Of a stretch of DNA of 64,000 nucleotides, positions 56,968 to 64,000 are shown piece after piece (positions within the stretch are counted from its first letter, which is position 1; each line of letters opens with the position of its first letter). The translations under genes were made by a program, and so were the position numbers. The stretch comes from Acidobacteriota bacterium. GTDB taxonomy: Bacteria > Acidobacteriota > Vicinamibacteria > Vicinamibacterales > SCN-69-37. The notes under the pieces were generated by a model, which did not search any database, was not told the DNA's origin, and was given only the letters and a program-made list of their open reading frames with translations. The DNA lies in NCBI GenBank assembly GCA_039933635.1, contig JBDTNQ010000007.1:11244-75243 (forward strand), given 5' to 3'.

Positions 56968-58845
56968 TCAGCCTCCGTAGTGCATCGCGAGGCGCGGCAG
57001 GATCAGCGTGAAGATGGGAAAGGCCGCGATGAGCGCCAGGCCGATGAGCAGAGCCACCAGATACGGTGCATAGCTGCGGCTCACGTCGTCGATGTCCACG
57101 CCCGCGATCCCGGCCGCGATGGTCAGCCCCACCCCTACCGGCGGAAGGAAGAACGCGATCCCCATGGCGGCCACGATGACGATGCCGTAGTGCACGGGAT
57201 CGAGGCCGACGGTGCGGCTGATGGGAAAGAGAATCGGCCCGAAGATGAGCAGTGCCGGCAGGCCCTCGAGCAGGGCCCCGATGACCACGAACACGGCAAT
57301 CGTCAGCGCGAGAAACTCGCCGCGCCCTGCCCCGACGCTGGCAATCCACTCCCCAAGGCCCTGCGGCACCCATTCGCGCACCAGGATCCAGGCGAACGCC
57401 GACGCGGCGGCCAGCACCCAAAGCGTGGTCGCGGTGACGAGGCCGCTCTGCGCAAAGCGCCCGATCAGATCGGCGGGTCGCACACCACCGACGACGACCT
57501 CCGCGACGAGCGCGTACACGACGGCCAGGAGCGCGGCTTCAGTGACGGTCGTGGCGCCGCTGAAGATGCCGCCAAAGAGCAGCACGGGCAGCCCGATCGG
57601 CACGACGGCTCGACGCGCCGCCCGGCCAAGATCGGCGCGGGTCGCCTTCTCCGCGACGGGCCAGTTCTGCCGGCGCGCGCGGATCGCGATCAGGATCAGC
57701 AGCACGCCCGCGAGCAGAAACGCCGGGATGAACCCTGCCAGGAACAGGGTGACGATCGAGAGATTGACGAGCGACCCCAGCACCACCATCGTCAAACAGG
57801 GCGGCACGAGAATGCCCATCGCGGAGGCCGCGGCCACCACGCTCACGGCCTCTTGCGGTGAATAGCCGGCCTTCTTCATCGACGGGACGAGCAGCGAACT
57901 GATAGCTGACACGTCGGCCGCGGTCGAGCCCGAGATGCCGGAGAAGATCACCTCAGCGACCACGGTCACCATGGCCAGGCCGCCGCGGACACGGCCGACG
58001 ATGGCCATCGCAAGATCGACGATGCGCTCAGAGATGCCGGCCGATTCCATCAGGGCGCCGGCGAGAACGAAGAACGGAATGGCCAGGAGCACGAACGAGT
58101 CCACGCCACCGAGGATCTTGATTGGCAGAATCGTCAGCCGCACGCCGCCGATGCCGAGCAGGTACGTCATGGAGGTGAGCGCGAGCGTGAACGCCAGCGG
58201 GAGGCCCAGAGCGGCGGTGGTGAGAAATCCGCACACGAGGATGACGAACGGCGCGGCGCCGGAGACGAGCGGAATGCCGACCGACGCCAGCACCACGACG
58301 GCGGTGCCAAGTGACCAGATGAGCGAACGGCGTCCGAGCCACACGGCCAGCCCCTCGCGCCAGCATTCGTCGAAGAGCACGACCGTCATCAGGATCAGCG
58401 ACACGGGCAGCGCGGCGGACATCGTCGCGCCAGAAAGACCACTGGCTGGCAGCAGTTCGGCGGTGCTCGCCACCGTGAGCCGATACGCCGGCACCATGAG
58501 CATCAGGAAGAACGCGATCAGCACCAGACGCAGACCGCGATCGACGGCCAGGCGATCGGCAGGTGCGAGCAGACGGACGAGCGCGGTCACGCGGGGATGC
58601 TGGCCGCGGCGCAGGGCCGCGACGCCGCCAACACACATGAGCCAGACGAGCAGCAGGCGCGCGACCTCTTCGGTCCAGGGAATGGGCTGCAGCAGGACAT
58701 GACGGCCGATGATCTGCAGGCCAACCGCAGCCGAGAGGGCGGTCATCAGAGCGGCGATGAGCGTGTTGAGCGCGAAGTCCGCGCGCGTCGAAGGAGTCGC
58801 GGGCGCGATCGCGTCCGAGGTCATGCGCGAATGGCCTCGAGCCAT
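56968..58845 (-). CDS. dctM: TRAP transporter fused small+large permease (DctQM)
   Basis: WTEEVAR (DctQ part); LLAIPFF, SGISGS..AD, LVPP and GLDPVHYG (DctM part). Confidence 0.92.
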   Translation of the reverse strand: MARGHSRMTSDAIAPATPSTRADFALNTLIAALMTALSAAVGLQIIGRHVLLQPIPWTEEVARLLLVWLMCVGGVAALRRGQHPRVTALVRLLAPADRLAVDRGLRLVLIAFFLMLMVPAYRLTVASTAELLPASGLSGATMSAALPVSLILMTVVLFDECWREGLAVWLGRRSLIWSLGTAVVVLASVGIPLVSGAAPFVILVCGFLTTAALGLPLAFTLALTSMTYLLGIGGVRLTILPIKILGGVDSFVLLAIPFFVLAGALMESAGISERIVDLAMAIVGRVRGGLAMVTVVAEVIFSGISGSTAADVSAISSLLVPSMKKAGYSPQEAVSVVAAASAMGILVPPCLTMVVLGSLVNLSIVTLFLAGFIPAFLLAGVLLILIAIRARRQNWPVAEKATRADLGRAARRAVVPIGLPVLLFGGIFSGATTVTEAALLAVVYALVAEVVVGGVRPADLIGRFAQSGLVTATTLWVLAAASAFAWILVREWVPQGLGEWIASVGAGRGEFLALTIAVFVVIGALLEGLPALLIFGPILFPISRTVGLDPVHYGIVIVAAMGIAFFLPPVGVGLTIAAGIAGVDIDDVSRSYAPYLVALLIGLALIAAFPIFTLILPRLAMHYGG

Positions 58846-59834
58846 GGGCCGACGCCAAGGGCCGTCGCTTCCCGGCGCCAGAGCTGCTCCGCCCGGGACT
58901 CGAACGGCCGCTGGTCGAACTCGCGAATGGTCATGCCGTACCCCGTCAATTCCTTGCTGGCGGTCTCATCCTCGCGTGGTCCGATCGCGCGCTGGTCCGC
59001 GGCCGCATCCCGCGCGGCCTGCTCGAGCAGGCGACGAATGTCCGCCGGCACGCGTGCGAGTCCCGCGGACGATCCGAACAGGCCAAGCACCCCCGCGATG
59101 TGCCGCGTCCGCGCCATGAACCGCGCCACCTCGTAGAAGCGCTGATGGAGGGTCGTGCTCGAGTCGTGCTCGTACCCGTCGATCACGCCTGTCTGCAACG
59201 ACGTGTAGACCTCGCCGAACGCCATGGGCGTCGGGCTCGCGCCCATCAGCTCGACGGCTTTCACGTAGATGGCTGATTGAATCGTTCGAATCTTGAGTCC
59301 GGACAGGTCGCGAGGCTCCGTGATGTCGGTCGACCGCGTGACGACCTGGCGAAAACCGAAAGAGTCGCCCCACGCGAGCGGCCGCACCGCGACCGCCGCC
59401 TCCTGATAGTCGGCCACCTGCTCGCCGAGCGGCCCGTCGACGAGGCGATGCACGTGATCCCAATCGCGCCAGAGAAACGGAAAATCCAGCACCTGCAGGC
59501 GTGGCGCCACGCTGCCCCAGATGGCGCTGCCGGACACCATGAAGTCGACGAGGCCTTCCTGAAGCTGCTGGACGATCTCACGCTCCTGGCCAAGGGTGCC
59601 GTTCGCGAAGATACGCACCTTGACGGCGCCATTAGTCGCCGCCTCGGCACGATCGCGGAAGCGCTCGGCGAATGTGTTGAGTGAGGTCGGACCGGTCGCC
59701 ATGGAGTGCGACAGGCGCAGGACGAGCGCGCCGCGTCCCGCGCGGCGGCAGCCGGCAGCGGCCGCCACGGCGCCAGCCGCGCCCGCGAGAAAGGCGCGCC
59801 GGCCAATGGCCCTCGCGCCGACGAGCACCGTCAT
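58821..59834 (-). CDS. dctP: TRAP substrate-binding protein, Tat-lipoprotein signal
   Basis: GRRAFL…AAGC signal; NG.LG.E, GLKIR and PTPMAFGEVYTSLQTGVIDG. Confidence 0.9.
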   Translation of the reverse strand: MTVLVGARAIGRRAFLAGAAGAVAAAAGCRRAGRGALVLRLSHSMATGPTSLNTFAERFRDRAEAATNGAVKVRIFANGTLGQEREIVQQLQEGLVDFMVSGSAIWGSVAPRLQVLDFPFLWRDWDHVHRLVDGPLGEQVADYQEAAVAVRPLAWGDSFGFRQVVTRSTDITEPRDLSGLKIRTIQSAIYVKAVELMGASPTPMAFGEVYTSLQTGVIDGYEHDSSTTLHQRFYEVARFMARTRHIAGVLGLFGSSAGLARVPADIRRLLEQAARDAAADQRAIGPREDETASKELTGYGMTIREFDQRPFESRAEQLWRREATALGVGPWLEAIRA

Positions 59835-60547
59835 CGTGCCGGGCGATCCGGTTTGCCGAGCAACGGCCGCATGATCTTCACCCGGATGAGGTAGCCCTCG
59901 TGGTTCGGGTGGATGCGGTCTTCGACCCAGAGGTCCTCGCGCGGCTGGCCGTCTTTCGTGAGCATCGCGTCCCAGAGGTCGATGAACAGCAGGTGCTCCT
60001 GCGTCGCGATGTAGCCCTTCAGCGTCTGGTTCGTCCGCCTCCGTTGCTCGGCCTGATTCCATCGGCCCGGGCCAGGCGTGATGCTGGAGTAGGCGATCGG
60101 CACCGTCGGCATCGCCTTGCGCACGATGGCTACGAAGGTCTTGAAGTCCGCCAGAATCCGTTCCGGCGTCTTGCCGTTGTTCACGTCGTTGCCGCCGACG
60201 TGGAGCACGATCATTCGCGGTTGGTACGGCAGGACGAGCCGATCGGCGAAATAGATGAGGTCCGAGATCTGGAAGGAGTCGATGCCGCGATTCACAACCG
60301 TGAAGTCCGGCAGATCTGCGTGGAGCGTCTTCCAGCGAAAGAACTGCGAGTCGCCGGCCAGCAAGATGGCGTGCTTCGGCGGCGGCTCCTGCCTGTCGGC
60401 CTCTTCGTAGAGACGGACGTTCGGCTCAAATTGACTACCGGCCTGCGCTGCCGGAGTCTGGGCCGGCGCGCGCCCCTCGGCCGTCGCCATGGCCAGCAGT
60501 CCGACCATGACGACGACGGATGCCGAACGGAGAAGGCGCGTTTTCAT
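59831..60547 (-). CDS. SGNH/GDSL esterase
   Basis: GDS, NRG, GGND and DRIHPN catalytic blocks; signal peptide. Confidence 0.9.
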   Translation of the reverse strand: MKTRLLRSASVVVMVGLLAMATAEGRAPAQTPAAQAGSQFEPNVRLYEEADRQEPPPKHAILLAGDSQFFRWKTLHADLPDFTVVNRGIDSFQISDLIYFADRLVLPYQPRMIVLHVGGNDVNNGKTPERILADFKTFVAIVRKAMPTVPIAYSSITPGPGRWNQAEQRRRTNQTLKGYIATQEHLLFIDLWDAMLTKDGQPREDLWVEDRIHPNHEGYLIRVKIMRPLLGKPDRPAR

Positions 60548-60685
60548 GATGTGGTCGCTACTCTAGATCACCGTGTGGGTGATGGCGACGTATCGAGCGG
60601 TCGGGCGTCCACTGCCACAGGACGCATCGCGGCCCAATCAGATCGCCGAGTCGGTCGGATACACTCTTGGCCTACGAGCCCGTCG

Positions 60686-60711
60686 AACCGGGAGTCTTAA
60701 GACTCCCGGTT
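60686..60711. repeat. Perfect 26-bp palindrome (REP-like)
   Basis: aaccgggagtc-ttaa-gactcccggtt. Confidence 0.85.
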
Positions 60712-60741
60712 TCGTCTGCTGCGGCTGGGTGGAGGCCCAAG

Positions 60742-61248
60742 ATGGAGTATCTCTCGCTGGTGTTCTTGCACATCCTTTTTGGCGTGGTCTGGGCTGGCGG
60801 AGCGATCAGCGCGGGACTCTTCTTCATCCCGTCGGTCGCGGAAGCCGGGCCTGGCGGTGGCCTCGTCGTCGCAGGCCTCGTGAAACGCAAATTTCCGGTC
60901 GCCATGACCGTCTCCGGCATCATCGTGGTGCTGTCCGGCGCCCGGATGTACATGATCCGTTTTTCGTCCGACTGGGTGTCCACGCCGGAAGGGCTCGTCC
61001 TGTCACTCGGTGCCCTGCTCGGCCTGGGAGCCATGGCTCTCGGCCTGATCGTGCAGAAGCCCACGGCCGAACGCCTTGGGGCGCTGGGAGCCCAGGTCGC
61101 CGGCTCCGGCGCTCCCCCGACTCCCGCGCAAGCGGCCGAGCTGAAGGCACTGCGCGAGAAGATGACCCGGATCGGCCGCCTCATCGCCTGGCATTTGATC
61201 GGCGCCGTGACACTGATGGCCATGCATCGTCTCGCAGCCGCGATGTAG
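60742..61248 (+). CDS. Four-TM hypothetical membrane protein
   Basis: LHILFGVVWAGG N-terminal motif; GGAGG RBS; four hydrophobic helices. Confidence 0.8.
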   Translation: MEYLSLVFLHILFGVVWAGGAISAGLFFIPSVAEAGPGGGLVVAGLVKRKFPVAMTVSGIIVVLSGARMYMIRFSSDWVSTPEGLVLSLGALLGLGAMALGLIVQKPTAERLGALGAQVAGSGAPPTPAQAAELKALREKMTRIGRLIAWHLIGAVTLMAMHRLAAAM

Positions 61249-61489
61249 CGGTGCGGCCATACTGGCCCGCAGTCTCTGCGGGCTGTTCCGCTATCTGGCG
61301 CGAAATAAACCGGGCGCGTGGAGCGCGGCCCGCGCGCATTGGCAGTATTCTTCTCACCGACCGAACAGCCGTTTGTTTTTGCTGACGCGTGGCGACGCTC
61401 GTGCGAGTGCGCCGCGTTCAGCGTGGGCGAGCGACGTGCTGTTCGGCAATGGATGGGCGTCGCGAAACGCACGCCACCTAGGAGGCGGT

Positions 61490-63076
61490 ATGAGGGTTAA
61501 AGGCTTGGCAGGCCCGTGGTTTGTGGCGGGCGCGTGTGCGGTTGCGCTGAGCGCCGGCGCGCTCGGCGTCCTGCATGCACAGGCTCCAGCACAGGGAGCG
61601 GCGCCTGCGGCCGGACGTGGCGGCGGACGTGGCGGCGGCGGCGTGGCACCGGGCGTCTTCACCGTGGCAGACATCAACAAGGACGGCACGGTCACGCGCG
61701 CCGAGTTGATGACGGCCCTCGAAAAATGGTTCACGGATGCCGACGCCGCAAAGGCCGGCACCGTGACGCAAGAACAGCTGGTCGCGGCGCTGAATGCGTC
61801 GTTGCCCGCGCCGCCCGCTCCGGCGCCTGGCGCTGGACGAGGCAACGCGGCCTGCGGCGGCCAGGGCAATCACACGCCCTGCCCGGAGGACGTCGCCAAG
61901 ATGATGGCCGCGCTCCCCGACAAGGCTTACGCAAAACCGGCAAGACCACGCAAGCTGCTGGTCTACGGGATCGACAATGATTCACCGGCGAAGGGATTCG
62001 TGCACGCGTCGATTGCGCTGCAGGCCGCCACCGTCAAGGCCATCGGCGACAAGCTCGGCACGTGGTCCACGACGCTGTCCTACAACCCGAACGACATCAA
62101 CACCGAAAACCTCAAGCAGTACGACGCGATTCTGCTCGACAGCACCACGGGCTGCTTCCTCGATCAGCCAGGCGACAAGGCCGTCACCGATGCCCGGCGC
62201 GCGGCACTGCTCGCGTTCGTCCGCGGCGGCAAGGGCATTGCCGGCATTCATGCCTCGACGGACTCGTATCACAGCCCCTGCCCGAACGACGCTGGTGCGG
62301 CCGCTCGTGCCGGCGGTGGCGGCGGCGGACGCGCGGGTGGCGGCGGCCAGGGCGGACAGCTCGCCACGCAGCTGCTGACGCAGGGCGACAAGAACAGCGA
62401 TCAGAAACTGTCACTCGTCGAGATCGATGCCGTGGCCACCGACTGGTTCGACAAGCTCGACACCGCGAAGGCGGGTCGCGTCGCACAGGCCGACTTCGCA
62501 ACGCGCTTCGCGGCGTTGACGCCCCAGCCAGCGTTCAGTGCGGCCGGCGGCCGCGGTGCGGGCGCCAACGCCGGCGCCGTGCCGGTGGCACGTGGGGCCG
62601 GGCCGCAGGGCGTGGGCTCCTGGCCCGAGTTCAACAAGCTCATCGGCGGGTTCTTCAAGTTCCACTGGGTGGACCCGCAGCTGATCACCGTGAAGATCGA
62701 CGATCCGAAGAGCCCGCTCACCCAGATGTTCGGCGGCAAGGAGTTCGAGGTCAACGACGAGACCTACACCTTCGCGCAGGACTCGTTCTCGCGGACCAAC
62801 GTCCACGTCCTCACGAGCATCGACTACGCGAAGATGAGCGATGAAGACAAGGCCAAGGAACCGGCGGGCACGGCGCGCACCGATGGCGACTACGCGCTGA
62901 GCTACATCCGCAAGGAAGGCCAGGGGCGCGTGTTCTATGAAGCGCACGGCCACAGCGAGCGGATCTACGCGATGAAGAACATGAACGAGCACTACCTGGC
63001 CGGACTGCAGTACGTGCTGGGCGACCTGAAGGCGGACGACAGCCCCAGCGTGAAGACGCCGGCCGCCAAGAAGTAG
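61490..63076 (+). CDS. ThuA-like domain protein with EF-hand-like insertions
   Basis: DINKDGTVTRAE and DKNSDQKLSLVE loops; GFVHAS, GIHAS, DETY and GRVFY..HGH; AGGAGG RBS. Confidence 0.82.
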   Translation: MRVKGLAGPWFVAGACAVALSAGALGVLHAQAPAQGAAPAAGRGGGRGGGGVAPGVFTVADINKDGTVTRAELMTALEKWFTDADAAKAGTVTQEQLVAALNASLPAPPAPAPGAGRGNAACGGQGNHTPCPEDVAKMMAALPDKAYAKPARPRKLLVYGIDNDSPAKGFVHASIALQAATVKAIGDKLGTWSTTLSYNPNDINTENLKQYDAILLDSTTGCFLDQPGDKAVTDARRAALLAFVRGGKGIAGIHASTDSYHSPCPNDAGAAARAGGGGGGRAGGGGQGGQLATQLLTQGDKNSDQKLSLVEIDAVATDWFDKLDTAKAGRVAQADFATRFAALTPQPAFSAAGGRGAGANAGAVPVARGAGPQGVGSWPEFNKLIGGFFKFHWVDPQLITVKIDDPKSPLTQMFGGKEFEVNDETYTFAQDSFSRTNVHVLTSIDYAKMSDEDKAKEPAGTARTDGDYALSYIRKEGQGRVFYEAHGHSERIYAMKNMNEHYLAGLQYVLGDLKADDSPSVKTPAAKK

Positions 63077-63103
63077 ATCGATTTTCGATCGAGTTGGAAC
63101 GAC

Positions 63104-63135
63104 GACGAAGGGCGCGGGCAACCGCGCCCTTCGTC
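63104..63135. terminator. Bidirectional terminator-like hairpin
   Basis: 14-bp perfect stem gacgaagggcgcgg/ccgcgcccttcgtc with GCAA tetraloop, between convergent genes. Confidence 0.8.
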
Positions 63136-63143
63136 ATTTCAGG

Positions 63144-64000
63144 TCAGTAGATCTTCTGCGGCGCGCGAACCGTCAGGCCCTTGCGCTTGACGTCGACGTC
63201 GAGCGTCACGCCCGTCGGCGCGTCCGGTGACTGGTACGTCAGCGCGTACTGCCCCAGGAGCTCGTCCGCAATCCGCTCGAGCACCGGCGTCACGCCCTGC
63301 ACACTGACAATGCGCTCGGTGCGACCACCGGACTGTGCCGGCGCATCCACCGGCCACGAGTACTGCACCCTTGGCGTGTCGTTGTTGACGCCACGCGCCG
63401 AGTAGGTGTCGAGGTGCAGCATGTAGAAGATCGTGTGGCTCCGACGCAACGCGTCCTGGACAGCGGCCGGCGCGGGGCTCGACGGGTTGACCGTGGCGCC
63501 GATCGTCTTGGTCGACGGCACGGGGCCATCCGGGCCATCCTCGGTCGACGCAACCTCAATGCCGGGCGATGCGATGGCAACGATCACCGAGCGTTCGACG
63601 GGCTGACGACTCCAGTTCAACCCGAGTTCCAGCATGCCGTTGGTGAGGTTGGCCAGGCCCGGGCTCACAAGGGGGAGGTCATCGATTGCGGCCGCGGTCG
63701 CCTGCGAATCCTTCGTGAACGGGAGGCGCACGTTCGCTCCGCCCCGGGTCGTGACGATGGCGATCTCCGCGCGGCCGGTCATCTTCTTCGCAAAGGCCGA
63801 GAGACCGGCCTTGAGCGCACGACCGCCCTGGTCGTCGTCATCGATCACCAGCGCGACATGAAGCGGCGCGGTGGCGACCTCAACCTTTACGAGGTCCCGT
63901 GCCTTTCCGCCTTCCTTCAGCGCAAAATCGGCCGCAGTCAATCCCGCCACCGGCGCCTTCTTGCCGTCGAGCACGCTGACGTAAATCGTCCGCGTCGCCG
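63144..64000 (-). CDS. VWA domain protein (Acidobacterial type), 5'-truncated by the window edge
   Basis: IYVSVLD…PVAGLTAADF, SGGR and QYALTY…RKGLTVRAP. Confidence 0.8.
   Translation of the reverse strand, partial: ATRTIYVSVLDGKKAPVAGLTAADFALKEGGKARDLVKVEVATAPLHVALVIDDDDQGGRALKAGLSAFAKKMTGRAEIAIVTTRGGANVRLPFTKDSQATAAAIDDLPLVSPGLANLTNGMLELGLNWSRQPVERSVIVAIASPGIEVASTEDGPDGPVPSTKTIGATVNPSSPAPAAVQDALRRSHTIFYMLHLDTYSARGVNNDTPRVQYSWPVDAPAQSGGRTERIVSVQGVTPVLERIADELLGQYALTYQSPDAPTGVTLDVDVKRKGLTVRAPQKIY

Noticed and set aside
61361-61446. SRP 4.5S RNA
   Set aside because: Long hairpin, but it lacks the conserved GGAA tetraloop and CAGG/AGCA internal loop.

Overview
This is a GC-rich (roughly two-thirds G+C by eye), gene-dense bacterial chromosomal segment. 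Acidobacterial-type VWA proteins, an 'acido-empty' PQQ-fold quinoprotein, Oar-like TonB receptors and GRGG-rich linkers point to Acidobacteriota (Vicinamibacteria-like); that assignment is inference. It holds about 50 CDS, one tRNA-Pro(TGG), three decayed genes and REP-like palindromes. I found no integrase, transposase, CRISPR array or rRNA. Two systems stand out. (1) At 37.6-47.1 kb is a translationally coupled operon of FHA protein, an uncalled 31-aa membrane microprotein, PP2C/beta-helix, non-RD Ser/Thr kinase, SEDS(RodA)-transpeptidase fusion and a second FHA protein, facing a divergent winged-helix/FHA regulator. It resembles the mycobacterial fhaA-pstP-rodA-pbpA-pkn locus rebuilt in a diderm. 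(2) At 22.1-24.6 kb is a compact accessory SecA preceded by a signal-peptide-bearing uORF ending YQRPPPP, whose proline codons are complementary to the secA Shine-Dalgarno: a candidate new SecM/MifM-like arrest-peptide system. Also present are a PPi-type PEPCK, a VTC/DUF4956 pair and a PhoA/TonB/PHP/PLC-like phosphate-scavenging locus with 11-bp-periodic Pho-box-like repeats, and a sigma54-driven TonB receptor with a leader uORF. All family calls come from motif recognition by eye; no searches were run.
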